From: an uncultured bacterium
GTDB taxonomy: Bacteria > Patescibacteriota > Minisyncoccia > Moranbacterales > GWC2-37-73
Reading direction: 5' to 3'
DNA: 64,000 nt
Assembly (NCBI GenBank): GCA_903851135.1
Contig: CAINNK010000037.1
Span: 1,320-65,319 of the forward strand
In this document: piece by piece, positions 1 to 11,130 of the stretch
Numbering within the stretch: position 1 is the stretch's first letter
How the letters are laid out: each line of letters opens with the position of its first letter
Made by a program: the position numbers and the translations under genes
The notes under the pieces: generated by a model
Seen by the model: only the letters and a program-made list of their open reading frames with translations
Told to the model about the DNA's origin: nothing
The model's database searches: none

Positions 1-1501
1 TTCTGCGTGGAATCATTCCCTGCTTAGATAAATTACGCTCATCTACCGTAAAAAGAGCTTCTTTGAAAAAATAATATTCCAGCACAAACATGAAACCAAA
101 AAATAAAAATAGCAGCAATAAAATAATTACCAACCAACCTACATAATTAACTAACTGCAAATAAGTCAGCGTGATGCCACCGCCAAGGTTAAGCATCGGC
201 ATATCAACGAAAATAAAGGAACTTTCTCCACTCAAAAGATTGGCTCCGTCAAATAAAGAAACCCTGATTTTATAACTGCCGCTTGGCAGGTTTTCTGGAA
301 CATGCAGGGTTTTTTCCAATTGATTTCCAATTATTCTTTCTGAAACTTGCGAGCTAAAAACAACTGAATTTTTTTTGTTCAAGATTTCATATTTCAAATT
401 GAAAAGATTTTCATTTGAAATGACGGATAATTTATTTCTATCAACTAACAGGATTCTAAATTGCGCATCTTGACCCCTATAAATTCGCCCATTTTCATTT
501 TCAAGTTTCACGACAATTCTTCCAGCTTCAGCCGAGGATTGCAAAGGGTTTTCCTGAGGTTGAACGTTTTGATTGCCGGCATTATGCTTCGGATTACCAG
601 TTGACACGGGGATTAAATTTTCAGTTAAACCCTTAGAGGAACCATGATGTTTGCCGCCGCCTGATTCTTTTGGAGCTGGAGCCGGAGTTGGCGGTGGAGC
701 TGGAGGAACGGGCGGCGTTGACTCACTGATGATTTGAAAAGTATAGTCCTTGGTGATGTTGCGCAGGAAATCACCGGGATCAACGGCGGTAATTTGAAAA
801 TCGTAAGTTCCAACACTAAGTTCATTCGGCAAATAATACTCCCAATAGCCGGTCGCATTGGCCTGCAAGGTAGAAACAAAAACCGGACCCGGCAAAGTTT
901 TGATTTGGATATCCGCATTCGGCATATTTGTGGTACCGGTTATCCTGAAAGTTTTTTTGGTTGTTGAAAGCACATCTCCCAGCAAATATTCCTTTTCATT
1001 AAAAGAAATCAAATCCAAAGTAGGATCCGGTAAAATAATTAGACAATCCCTAGCGGTCACCACCAAAGGATCGGAAACAGTATCTCCGCCGGCACCTGAA
1101 GCTGTCACCACATAGGCATAGTCAGTGCCGCCAATTACATTATTATCAACATAAGCCATGGTCTGAAAGCCGGAAGCCAAAGGAGTGCCGTCTCGAGTTA
1201 TTGCATAAGAGGTGGCACCTTCCGAACCAGTCCAGGCCAAATGCACGGCCGAAACATTACTTGCGCAAGTTTTAGTAGCTGTAATAATCGGTTTACCAGG
1301 AAGACCATCAACGAAAACACTAATCGTTGCCCCAGCTGCCCAGGCATACTTGGCCTTTAAGTCATTTCCGAGCACACTAAACCCACCCAGCGTTCCCAAA
1401 GTCACATAAAAAAGCAGCAAGAAAATAGTAAAAGCCGCATGCAGCCTCATCCAGAAACGCATTTTCAATTTTCGACTTTTTTGCTTTTGCTTTTTTTTCA
1501 T
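1..1501 (-). CDS. partial (3' end runs off window) secreted/membrane-anchored Fn3-domain protein
   Basis: My own reverse-complement translation starts at the ATG at 1501..1499 and reads MKKKQKQKSRKLKMRFWMRLHAAFTIFLLLFYVTLG (signal/TM), then AWTGSEGATSYAITRDG (Fn3-like), a Pro-rich linker PPVPPAPPPTPAPAPK, and a C-terminal hydrophobic segment LVIILLLLFLFFGFMFVLEYYFF. The frame stays open down to position 2. It is absent from the ORF track, presumably because there is no stop codon inside the window. Confidence 0.5.
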   Translation of the reverse strand, partial: MKKKQKQKSRKLKMRFWMRLHAAFTIFLLLFYVTLGTLGGFSVLGNDLKAKYAWAAGATISVFVDGLPGKPIITATKTCASNVSAVHLAWTGSEGATSYAITRDGTPLASGFQTMAYVDNNVIGGTDYAYVVTASGAGGDTVSDPLVVTARDCLIILPDPTLDLISFNEKEYLLGDVLSTTKKTFRITGTTNMPNADIQIKTLPGPVFVSTLQANATGYWEYYLPNELSVGTYDFQITAVDPGDFLRNITKDYTFQIISESTPPVPPAPPPTPAPAPKESGGGKHHGSSKGLTENLIPVSTGNPKHNAGNQNVQPQENPLQSSAEAGRIVVKLENENGRIYRGQDAQFRILLVDRNKLSVISNENLFNLKYEILNKKNSVVFSSQVSERIIGNQLEKTLHVPENLPSGSYKIRVSLFDGANLLSGESSFIFVDMPMLNLGGGITLTYLQLVNYVGWLVIILLLLFLFFGFMFVLEYYFFKEALFTVDERNLSKQGMIPRR

Positions 1502-1568
1502 TTAAATTATCAGCTAAAATTCAACTCCTCTAAAAAAATCTTTTTTAACTTTTTGACATATCCCCTTT

Positions 1569-4500
1569 CTACATATTAGCCCAATGGAAGATTTCTTGGA
1601 AATTATTAATGATAATCTGAATAATATTTTCTTTCTTCTTAGGGGTCAGTAGGGCAAAATCATTAGAAACTCCTTCATTGCCGGCTTCATCAACAGATTT
1701 AACCTTGAAGAAATAAACAGCTCCCGGCTTGAAAACCGTCATAACGGCTAAATGATTTTTAATGTAAGCGTCTCCGATATTTATTTCTCTATCTTCGCCA
1801 TTTTTTCCCTCTCGATAGACGATAGAAGTTGTAGCATTTTCACTAGTGGTCCAAGAAATAATGGACTGCACTTTGTCGTTTTGCGTCAGCGCGCTATCAG
1901 TGTGAATTTGATCAATCACTGGCGGAGTAGTGTCTTTGCCAATCGTAAAATTCGGTCCGACAAGTTCCGAGGCGTTGCCACTTTCATCTTTGGCTTGAAC
2001 TTTCAAAGTGTATTCAGTTCCTGGTGTCAAATTTTTGAGCAAAATGGAATGTGCAATCACCAAATTCGTTTGACCCTGGGAACCGGAATTATTCGGATCG
2101 CCCACTGCCACATAGGCAGCCACTGCATCAGAAGGCACATTGGTTGCAAAGGTTACCGTCGCGCCACTTTCAGTCACGTCACTGACGGCGACATTACTAA
2201 TAACCGGTGGCGACTTTGGTTGAAAAGCATAATCACCTGAAACAAAAACATTACCGGCAGAATCAGTACTTCTGACTCTAAAATGATACATTTGTCCAAT
2301 TGTCAATTTAGTCAGATTAACCTCATGCGCTTTAGTTTGCGAATTACTTTCACTCTTGCTGCCATAGGTATCAGTTAAGCCATATTCAACCAGCGAGGTC
2401 ATGTTTTGAGTTGTCGACCAAGTAACTGCGGCTTCACCTAAAACCTTGGAAATTATACTGATGGAACTTAGCGTTGATTGAGTGGCAGTGGTGAAAGTTG
2501 CCGACGAACTTTCTGCTATATTGCCAGCAGCATCAATAGAAACAACACTATAGTAATATTTAGTCGCCGGCGCCAAGGAGCTGACGGTCACGGTATGAGC
2601 TGTGTCATATTTGGTCTGGTCGATGTTGACCAAATCATTTCCAACCATAAAACCAAAAGTTGATTTTGTTCCATAGCGGACATAGCTGCTAGTTTTCTTG
2701 TCAGTTTTCCAGGTGATGATAACATTTTCGCCAGTGGCTTTTCCAGCGCTGACGCCACTGATGACCGGCAAAGTTTTGTCGGTTCCGCCACTACCGCCTC
2801 CGCCACCAGATTGAATGGTCGTGAAAGAATATTCACTCGAAGTAACCGGAGTGCTAGCTATATTATCTTGACAATTAATCTGGAAGAAATATTTCGTCGT
2901 GCTGATGAGCGAAAGAATTTGCATGCGATGATTTTGATTGAAATCGCTTTCACTTGTCAGTCCTCCAGGATAGGTCTGTCCGTCCAAACGATATTCAATT
3001 ACACATTTAGCCAGTTGATCGGTATTGAAAGTCACACTAGCACTGCCTGAATCCGGAGTTGTCACCACATTGTCGATGGTTTTAAGCGGATCGTGCAAAT
3101 ATTTCGGATCTTTGGCGGTCTTGAAAGTTTTTTCATTGCTGACTGTGGTGATACCATTAGCACCCTTGGTTGAAACTTTATAATTGTAAGTTGTGTCTAA
3201 AGCCAGGTCACTGATAATCAAAGAGTGCCCAGCTCCAATCAAGTCAGCCGGATGATAAATACTACTGTCCAGAGAGTTATCCTTGCTAAAAGCAACTTTA
3301 CTATCACCAACCACATCCGTATCCCAAGTGATGGTAACTTGATTATAGGTAGCAGGCACACCGGCGTCACTGGCCACTACTGCCTGGATATTTGAAATCA
3401 CCGGAGCACCTGCCAAAGAATCGGTTGTAAAACTATTCATGCTGCCATAAGTTACGTTGCCGGAAGTATCTTTGGAAACGACTTGATAGAAATAAGTAGT
3501 AGCACTGGCAAGTCCGGTCACATCAACACTATGACTGGAAGTCGCATCACTAGCGCTGCCAAAAATTTTACTATACTGCGCTGTCTCACCTATATAAATA
3601 ATCGAATCGGTGTTTTCACTAGTGTTCCAACTGATGGTGACACCATTGTCAATAATGTTAGAAGTTGTCAGGTTGGAAATCAGCGGACGAATAAGGTCCG
3701 GGCCAGCACTGGTTGTGAAAGTATAACCAGCGGAAACCCCCTTGTTACCTGAGCCATCCGTAGAATGGACGCGATAATAATATTGATTACTTTGAGCCAA
3801 ATCAGCAGGCAAAACCACACTATGAGAAGTTGTCAGCTCCCCATTGCCGAAGATTTTTCCATAAGCGGTCGTAGTGCCATATTCCACATAGGAATCAGCA
3901 GCGACGTCCGTGGTCCAATTAATAGTGGCGTTATCGTAGGTTATGCCAGTTGCCGTTACAGCGGTGATTTGCGGAACTCCAGGCACTGGCGTAATGTCGG
4001 TTTTGAAATTAAAATCTCCGGAAGTGCCCTTATTTCCTGAACCATCGGTGGAATGCACGCGATAATGATAAGTTGTGTCTGGTGCTAAATCTCCGGGCAA
4101 GTTAATGCTGTGCGCAGTCCCAAGCGTACTGTCGCCGAAAGTTTTTCCATAAGCAGTCGTAGTGCCGTATTCCACATAAGAATCAGCGTTGATATCCGTA
4201 GTCCAATTGACGGTGGCGGTATTGTAGGTCACGCCGGTTGTTGTGACGTTAGTAATTTGAGGCATATTAGGAATCGGATTGGTCAGAGTCAGGAAAGTAT
4301 AGTCACTGGAAGTTCCTTTAGTTCCGGAAACATCCGTAGAATGGACGCGATAATGATAAGTTGTTTCCGGGGCCAAATCAGCCGGCAAGTTAATACTATG
4401 CGATTTAACCAAGGTACTGTTGCCAAAAGTTTTTCCATAGGAAGTTGTGGTGCCATATTCCACATAAGAATCAGCGTTAACATCGGTAGTCCAATTGACC

Positions 4501-7500
4501 GTGGCGGTGCTGTAAGTAACAGCGTCAGAAGAGACAGCTGAAATAATCGGGGCAGCCGGAAGTGGATCAGTCACGAAAGAATATGAACCGGAAACCATTT
4601 CAAACTGAGCCGTGCTGCGAACTCGATAATAATAAGTTGTCTGGGTAGCCAAACCTTGCAAACTAACGGAATGATTTTTAACGTTATCATATTTTCCAAA
4701 GACTTCTGCATTGGAAAAATCACTTTCAGTTGCAAACTCAACAAAAGAAGTTGCATTAATATCCGTGCTCCAGGAAATCGTAAAGGCATTGTAAGCATTT
4801 TTGGTCGCCAATGGTGAGCCTTGCAAAACCGGCGGTTGACCGGAGGAAGTGACAAACGTAAACCCATCCCCTCCATTATCAATGGTCATTATATTGCCAG
4901 ATGCATCAGCAGATTTCAGTTGATAATAATAGGCAGTATCTGGAATTAAGTTAACCAATGTGACTGAATGTAATTGGGTCAGTGGCAAACTTCCCTGTTC
5001 TAATTGAAAATTTCCAAGCGTCGGAGAATAATCAATAAAGGAAGTTGAATCCTCATCAGTCACCCAAGTTATAGTGGCCGAAGTAGCTGAAAAAGCCGTG
5101 ACTATTGGACCAGACACAAGCGTTGGCGCAGTGACATCTTGAGGATCAACATTGGTAGTAAAAGAATAATCAATTGAAACCGCTTCATTATTCGAAGCAT
5201 CCGCAGAATGAACTCGATAGTGATAAGTTGTCTGCGGCACTAAATCTTGAGGCAAAGCAACTGAGTGATTGAAAGGCGGCCCACTCACCAAGGTGCTGTT
5301 GCCGAAAGTTTTTCCATAGGAAGTTGTGGTGCCATATTCCACGTAGGATGTTGCCGTCTCATCCGTGATCCAATCGATGGTAGCGGTGTTGTGGGTCTTT
5401 GAAAAAACTGAAACAGCGCTAATCACTGGCGCAGTTATATCACCCAAGGAACTGGTTTGAAAAGTCTGCTCATCTGAAATAGCCTCATTACCTGAACCGT
5501 CTTTGGAATGCAATTTGTAATAATAAGTTGTGTTAGGACTTAGGAGGCTTGGCAAGGTTATGCTATGAGACAAAGTCAAATCATAAGAACCATAAGAGCT
5601 TCCCACGGAAAATCCCTGACTGACTGAATATTCCACAAATGAAGTAGCGGCTTCGTTGGTTGACCAAGTTATCAAGGTCGAAGTGGTTGTTGGCAAAGAA
5701 GCTATAGCGGAAATTACCGGTGGAACTATGTCGGCAGTAGTCGTAGTGAAACTAAAGCCATTGTGATTACCAGAGACATCAAAATTATCATCCACACTCA
5801 CCCCATTGTTGACCCCGATCGATTTGACTCTGAAATAATAAGTTTGATTTTGAGCAAGCCCAGTAAGAGTCACACTGTGACCCGAAGTCACCAATGTCGC
5901 GTTGCCAACTTCGCTTGAAAAATCACCCGGAGTTGTTGAAAAACCAACCGTGGAGCTAGCTTGCGCATCAGTGTCCCAGGTTATAGTAGCGCTACTGGAA
6001 TTTATTGAAGGAATTGGAACATCTACGTTTGAAATGACAGCCGGCGTGACATTTGCCCCACCTTCCCCATTAGGCATGTCATTGACAATGGCTGAGAAAG
6101 CTGAAATATTCCCATCTGCATCTTCCAAGGTAATCTTATAAGAATAAGTTGCAGCATTGGAAAGTCCTGAGTCAAGATAATAATTAACATTTTTATCCGT
6201 AATGGAATTTACTAAACTGTAACTACTGCCATCTATTGAACGCCAAATGTTATATTTGGCAAAGCCGCCACTACCCATTTCACCCAACACTGGTGCTCGC
6301 CAGGAAATCAACTCGCGATATTCTCCCGTCGTACTGTTAGAAATATCATAAAAGACCACATCGCTAAGTGAAAATGGGGTTGTCTCGACTGCATCAGCAT
6401 AGTTGCCTTTCGCATCTTTGATTCGTAAATGGACAGTTGCAGGATCATTTGTCAAAGCCGAATAATCATAAACACTTTGAAAGGCTTGATAAGTTGCATC
6501 ATGAAAATCACCAAAATTTGAAACAATCATTTGATAGGAAGAGTCATCAATCGGCGAAGTCAGATGCACCTTGTTTGCAGTGTGGTCAATAAAGAAGTTA
6601 ACATTGACCGGATTTTTTGTGTCAAAAACAAAATTGCTTGATTTGCCATAGCCAAGATTGTTGGCACCTTCCGAGTCATTCGCTTTTACTCGAACTTTGA
6701 AATTGCTGCCATTGAAAGCTTGCGGATAATCACTCTTAGCATTCCAAGTCAGTTGATATGATTTCCAATTAACATCTTCCACGGAAATATTAGCTCCTAC
6801 GTCACCATTGACAGTGGCAGCATTAGCCCAAACTTCTGAACCGCTCGCAGCGCAATTAGCGGTGCAATATTGCAAACCAATAATCACTTTTCCCGGAGTA
6901 ACATTTTGCGGAACACTTGAATCAGGATCGCGTACGTCATAATTTACCGTGACCAAGCCATCACTGCCTTGCGAAGCTACGACATTTTGAACTTCCGGTG
7001 GAGCATTGACCACGTATTGCAAAGTAACATCTGACAAAATCGGCGAATTGATTCCATCGGAAATCAGCAGCGCTTGATATTGAATCCATTGATCACCACT
7101 AACATCACTGACTAAACTTGGCATTGCTTGTCCGCCAGTATTATCAGAAAAATAGGTATTCGAAGTACCATCCGGGCCAACCCAACCGGTCCAGGTTCCC
7201 GGATTGCCAGCCTGATCAGGCGCGGTTCTCACTTGAAATTGCACATTCGTACCTGTTGCCAAAGAACGTGACCAACTTACTTTTGAAAGAATATTAGAAG
7301 CATCAGAAGTGTCATAAGCCGAGGAAACAAGGTGTCCCGGAGAAGGAAAATAATTATAATTCAAAGTTATGTCATCAAAAGAAGGCGTCGTGTTAGAATT
7401 AGTAGTAGCCATATTCACCGAATATTGATAGTAGCGCTGTTGACCTAGAGCTGAAATGTCACCACCATTTGAAACATTGGTCAAAGAAATCCAATTTCCA

Positions 7501-10500
7501 TCAACAGTTGGCGTGTTTCCAGCTTTAATATCGACAGTTGCGCTTGTGTTGGCTGGAGTTACAATTGAATAATTAAGCGTGGTGAAGGTTTTAATGCTGC
7601 CAGAATCAATGATAGCAGAATTGAAGGTTCCGCTTGAAAAATAAAAAGTGTGTCCAGCGTTGATTGTGCCACTGGCAGTTCCCCAAACTTGCACTGGAGA
7701 AACTCTTGTTTTATTGTTGTTTTGACCCAACTGTCCATTGCCATTTCCACCCCAAACCCAGACACTGCTGGCATCTGACATGAGAGCAACTGAATGAGCA
7801 TAACCACAAGAAATCATAGAAATACTAGAGGAACCAACGCTACCACCGACTTGCACAGGCGTAATACTATCCACAGTGTTTCCGTTGCCAAGTTGACCAT
7901 AAGCGTTCCAACCCCAAGTCCAAACCGTGCCATCATTTTTAAGGATAATAGAATGATTATTTCCAGCTTTAACCATATTAACATTTGAAGCACCCGCGCC
8001 AGTCACTGGCAAAGCTATCGTTGCTGAATTGCTATTACCAGTTCCCAGCTGTCCATAATCATTCCAACCCCAAGCCAATAAAGAACCATCATTAAGCAGC
8101 GCAAAAGAATGCGCATAACCAGCACTTATTTTTGCAACATTTGTGATTCCGGCAAGACTCGGATCAACAACTTGCACCGGCAAAGATTTATCAATCTTGG
8201 AATAATCTCCAAGCTGACCCTGGTCATTGCTGCCCCAACTCCAAGCGGTTCCATCATACAGTGAAGCTAATGAATAATAACCGCCACCAGAAATTGAACT
8301 CACATTAGTCAAGAAACTACCACCTGTTTTATCTTTAACTTGTTGCGGATAAGGTTGAAAAAAGCCAATACCGCCAATACCTATTTGCCCTTTCCCATTT
8401 CCTCCCCAAGCCCAAACTGTGCCATCACTCCTGAGTGCCAAAGAATGCGTGTCTCCCAAAGAAATCGCAGAAATGTTTTGCAGATAATCTCCGGGAGTTG
8501 AGGAAGCTTTTACTTGCACTGGCAAACTTTGACTCGTTTGCGTGCCGTCGCCCAATTGACCATAAGAGTTCCAACCCCAAGACCAAACCGTGCCATCAGA
8601 TTTCAATGCCAAAGAATGATTATACCCAGCCGCAATGGCAATAACATCGGTCAAACCAACCACTTCAATTGGTGTCAATCTGTTAATATTCGTACCATCT
8701 CCGAGTTGTCCAAAACCGTTTGAACCCCAAGCCCAAACTGTGCCGTCAGATTTCAGGCCTAAATTATGAGCATAACCCGAAGAGATATCTGAGAAACCAC
8801 TGATAATTCCTTGGGCCGATCCCCAGACTTGCACCGGCGTGCTTCGATTGACAACATCATTGACGCCAAGTTTACCGTTGAAATTCCAACCCCAAGTCCA
8901 AACGGTGCCATCCAATTTCAAGGCCACCGAAAAACCTTCCCCACCTGAAACCATCACACTATTGCCACTGCCAAAAGCTTCAACCGGAACCGGGGTTGAC
9001 TTATTTGAAACTGTTCCATCACCTAATTGACTTTTACTGTTGTTTCCCCAAGCCCAAACTGTGCCGTTTGCTCTGATGGCCAAAGAATGATCACTTCCAC
9101 CGCCGATGTAATTAACGTCCGTCAGATTCAACACTTGCACAGGAACATCCGAAGAATTGTTGGTTCCGTCCCCAAGTTCGCCACTGACATTGCTTCCCCA
9201 GGACCAAACGGTCTTGTCTGACTTGAGCACGACCGATCTATTTTTGCCACCATTAATTGAAATAACATTGGAAACTCCTGAAACTTGCAGGGGAATATTA
9301 CTATCCAGCAAAGCTCCATTGCCAAGCTGACCCAAACCGCCATCGCCCCAAGCCCAAACGTTTCCATCTGAAGTCACAGCCATTGTGGTCTTGCTATTGA
9401 TTCCGGAAGTAATCATGGAAACTTGAGCTAGGTTTGAAACTTGCACTGGCAAGTTCGTGTTAACATTGGCTGCATTTCCCAATTGACCTTTGTCATTAGA
9501 GCCCCATGCCCAAACTGTGCCGTCTTTTTTCAGGGCAATTGAATAACCATTGCCGGCTGAAATTGCAATCACATCTGAAAGGGTGCCAGTGCCATTAAAA
9601 TTTTTCACTTTTACTGGAAACAAACTTGAACTGTTAGCTCCGTTGCCAAGTTGGCCCAGGCCGCCATCTCCCCAAGCCCAAACTGTTCCATCAGCGTCAA
9701 GCCCCAAGGAATGATTATCTCCCGCTGCAACTGCCTCGATATTAGAAAGATAATCACTATCAGTTGAATTTCTGATTTGCACTGGTGTTAGACGTGCTGT
9801 TTGCGTGCCATCACCCAATTGTCCACTGTCATTTTGTCCCCAAGCCCAAATCTTATGATTATCACTGATGAGCAACACATGTCCTACTCCAGCCGAAATA
9901 GCTGCAATTCCTCCATAACCCAAATCAACCCGAGCACTGCTACCAGCCGAACGTCCTTTCGTTTGAATATGTTGGCCTGCGTTAAAACCACCACCATTTG
10001 GGGTGTCTTGGGCGCCAGTGTCAGAAGTCTGCACCGAAGAACCAGCCGTCCAATTCAATTCAACATCGTTGCCGGCATTCGTGGTTTTCACGAAAGGATC
10101 TTTGCTCGAATATTCATCCCAACCTCCGACTTTTCCTGGGTGTACATCAGTGTTGTTCGTTTGACCACCTGACCATTTCAATTGTTGCCAAGTGTAGGTC
10201 GCTCCATGCGCATCATGCAAGTTTTGAAAAAAGGCCACCGACACTATCGCCAAAATTAAAAATGAAGAAAAAACTCTTTTGGCAAAAATCGGATTGAAAG
10301 CAAAAGTTTTTTTGGATTTTTTGAAAAATTGCGCAACATTTTGTCCTATTGGATTTTCTTTCTTTTTGCGCGCCGCAAAAGATGGTGCAACTATTTTTCC
10401 AGTGCCAATAGAAAAAGTCACCACCGTTTCCGCTTTCCATTTGCGCATGATTCGCAAAGAAGAAAAAGCAGCAGGCTTGGAATTGGTTTGAATCTTTTTT

Positions 10501-10766
10501 TCAACAGAAAAATCAACTTGTTTTTTTGTCGCTGGCGGTCTTATCGAAGCTGGTCGAAAATTCGCAACTTGATCAGAACAAGCACGACGCATTTTCAACT
10601 TGGACAAATCCAAAATTTTTCTTTTCGAATTGGTCAAATTATTAATAGCAGCATACGTAACAACCCCATCCATCCTCCTTTGGGACGTTGGTTTTTGCTG
10701 AAGATTTTGTATTTTTTTTCGGAAAATCATCTGAGCTTTTGTTTTTCTTAAGACCCAAAAAACCAC
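1569..10766 (-). CDS. giant (3065 aa) secreted protein with an RCC1-like beta-propeller repeat array (about 20 blades) and about 14 Fn3 / purple-acid-phosphatase-N-like domains
   Basis: ORF track. The motif WAWG(x)N(x)GQLG(D/N)G recurs about 20 times, encoded at roughly nt 7650-9870. The unit TI(T/N)WxTDxxAxSxVEYGTTxxYG...HSVxLxxLxPxTTYHYRV(H/K)SxDxSGN recurs about 14 times, encoded at roughly nt 1650-6050. A signal-like hydrophobic segment FAKRVFSSFLILAIVSVAFF follows a basic N-region. The true start may lie downstream of the ORF-track ATG. Confidence 0.8.
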   Translation of the reverse strand: MVFWVLRKTKAQMIFRKKIQNLQQKPTSQRRMDGVVTYAAINNLTNSKRKILDLSKLKMRRACSDQVANFRPASIRPPATKKQVDFSVEKKIQTNSKPAAFSSLRIMRKWKAETVVTFSIGTGKIVAPSFAARKKKENPIGQNVAQFFKKSKKTFAFNPIFAKRVFSSFLILAIVSVAFFQNLHDAHGATYTWQQLKWSGGQTNNTDVHPGKVGGWDEYSSKDPFVKTTNAGNDVELNWTAGSSVQTSDTGAQDTPNGGGFNAGQHIQTKGRSAGSSARVDLGYGGIAAISAGVGHVLLISDNHKIWAWGQNDSGQLGDGTQTARLTPVQIRNSTDSDYLSNIEAVAAGDNHSLGLDADGTVWAWGDGGLGQLGNGANSSSLFPVKVKNFNGTGTLSDVIAISAGNGYSIALKKDGTVWAWGSNDKGQLGNAANVNTNLPVQVSNLAQVSMITSGINSKTTMAVTSDGNVWAWGDGGLGQLGNGALLDSNIPLQVSGVSNVISINGGKNRSVVLKSDKTVWSWGSNVSGELGDGTNNSSDVPVQVLNLTDVNYIGGGSDHSLAIRANGTVWAWGNNSKSQLGDGTVSNKSTPVPVEAFGSGNSVMVSGGEGFSVALKLDGTVWTWGWNFNGKLGVNDVVNRSTPVQVWGSAQGIISGFSDISSGYAHNLGLKSDGTVWAWGSNGFGQLGDGTNINRLTPIEVVGLTDVIAIAAGYNHSLALKSDGTVWSWGWNSYGQLGDGTQTSQSLPVQVKASSTPGDYLQNISAISLGDTHSLALRSDGTVWAWGGNGKGQIGIGGIGFFQPYPQQVKDKTGGSFLTNVSSISGGGYYSLASLYDGTAWSWGSNDQGQLGDYSKIDKSLPVQVVDPSLAGITNVAKISAGYAHSFALLNDGSLLAWGWNDYGQLGTGNSNSATIALPVTGAGASNVNMVKAGNNHSIILKNDGTVWTWGWNAYGQLGNGNTVDSITPVQVGGSVGSSSISMISCGYAHSVALMSDASSVWVWGGNGNGQLGQNNNKTRVSPVQVWGTASGTINAGHTFYFSSGTFNSAIIDSGSIKTFTTLNYSIVTPANTSATVDIKAGNTPTVDGNWISLTNVSNGGDISALGQQRYYQYSVNMATTNSNTTPSFDDITLNYNYFPSPGHLVSSAYDTSDASNILSKVSWSRSLATGTNVQFQVRTAPDQAGNPGTWTGWVGPDGTSNTYFSDNTGGQAMPSLVSDVSGDQWIQYQALLISDGINSPILSDVTLQYVVNAPPEVQNVVASQGSDGLVTVNYDVRDPDSSVPQNVTPGKVIIGLQYCTANCAASGSEVWANAATVNGDVGANISVEDVNWKSYQLTWNAKSDYPQAFNGSNFKVRVKANDSEGANNLGYGKSSNFVFDTKNPVNVNFFIDHTANKVHLTSPIDDSSYQMIVSNFGDFHDATYQAFQSVYDYSALTNDPATVHLRIKDAKGNYADAVETTPFSLSDVVFYDISNSTTGEYRELISWRAPVLGEMGSGGFAKYNIWRSIDGSSYSLVNSITDKNVNYYLDSGLSNAATYSYKITLEDADGNISAFSAIVNDMPNGEGGANVTPAVISNVDVPIPSINSSSATITWDTDAQASSTVGFSTTPGDFSSEVGNATLVTSGHSVTLTGLAQNQTYYFRVKSIGVNNGVSVDDNFDVSGNHNGFSFTTTTADIVPPVISAIASLPTTTSTLITWSTNEAATSFVEYSVSQGFSVGSSYGSYDLTLSHSITLPSLLSPNTTYYYKLHSKDGSGNEAISDEQTFQTSSLGDITAPVISAVSVFSKTHNTATIDWITDETATSYVEYGTTTSYGKTFGNSTLVSGPPFNHSVALPQDLVPQTTYHYRVHSADASNNEAVSIDYSFTTNVDPQDVTAPTLVSGPIVTAFSATSATITWVTDEDSTSFIDYSPTLGNFQLEQGSLPLTQLHSVTLVNLIPDTAYYYQLKSADASGNIMTIDNGGDGFTFVTSSGQPPVLQGSPLATKNAYNAFTISWSTDINATSFVEFATESDFSNAEVFGKYDNVKNHSVSLQGLATQTTYYYRVRSTAQFEMVSGSYSFVTDPLPAAPIISAVSSDAVTYSTATVNWTTDVNADSYVEYGTTTSYGKTFGNSTLVKSHSINLPADLAPETTYHYRVHSTDVSGTKGTSSDYTFLTLTNPIPNMPQITNVTTTGVTYNTATVNWTTDINADSYVEYGTTTAYGKTFGDSTLGTAHSINLPGDLAPDTTYHYRVHSTDGSGNKGTSGDFNFKTDITPVPGVPQITAVTATGITYDNATINWTTDVAADSYVEYGTTTAYGKIFGNGELTTSHSVVLPADLAQSNQYYYRVHSTDGSGNKGVSAGYTFTTSAGPDLIRPLISNLTTSNIIDNGVTISWNTSENTDSIIYIGETAQYSKIFGSASDATSSHSVDVTGLASATTYFYQVVSKDTSGNVTYGSMNSFTTDSLAGAPVISNIQAVVASDAGVPATYNQVTITWDTDVVGDSKVAFSKDNSLDSSIYHPADLIGAGHSLIISDLALDTTYNYKVSTKGANGITTVSNEKTFKTAKDPKYLHDPLKTIDNVVTTPDSGSASVTFNTDQLAKCVIEYRLDGQTYPGGLTSESDFNQNHRMQILSLISTTKYFFQINCQDNIASTPVTSSEYSFTTIQSGGGGGSGGTDKTLPVISGVSAGKATGENVIITWKTDKKTSSYVRYGTKSTFGFMVGNDLVNIDQTKYDTAHTVTVSSLAPATKYYYSVVSIDAAGNIAESSSATFTTATQSTLSSISIISKVLGEAAVTWSTTQNMTSLVEYGLTDTYGSKSESNSQTKAHEVNLTKLTIGQMYHFRVRSTDSAGNVFVSGDYAFQPKSPPVISNVAVSDVTESGATVTFATNVPSDAVAAYVAVGDPNNSGSQGQTNLVIAHSILLKNLTPGTEYTLKVQAKDESGNASELVGPNFTIGKDTTPPVIDQIHTDSALTQNDKVQSIISWTTSENATTSIVYREGKNGEDREINIGDAYIKNHLAVMTVFKPGAVYFFKVKSVDEAGNEGVSNDFALLTPKKKENIIQIIINNFQEIFHWANM

Positions 10767-10891
10767 GAAGAAACAACGGGGAAACCGCTTGATTTCTTCT
10801 CAAAAAATTTCACTAATCCAATTTATTATCATCGCTCATTTAATAATAAATATTGCTTTTATTATACTATTTTTTTGCAAATCGCGCAAAG

Positions 10892-10920
10892 AAAAAAACG
10901 CACTCGGAGCTTGCGTTTAA
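10892..10920 (-). terminator. hairpin plus T-run downstream of the FG-GAP giant gene (rho-independent terminator candidate)
   Basis: aaacgca-ctcggagct-tgcgttt is a 7-bp stem. On the minus strand it is followed by a T-run. Confidence 0.45.
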
Positions 10921-11130
10921 TTTGGCTTTTTCAAAAAAAATTTCGCTCATTTTTTTCTTCTGCCAAAGTTTTAATTTTGCATTTTTTCAACCTCCCAAAA
11001 AGTCAAAAAACATCGTTTTTACAATCACGAATTCACAATTCTTAAAAACTCAAAAAAATCAATTTTGACAACCTCAAAAACAGCTTGCAACTCAAACTCT
11101 CATCAATTTCTTCAAAATTTGCAACAATTT

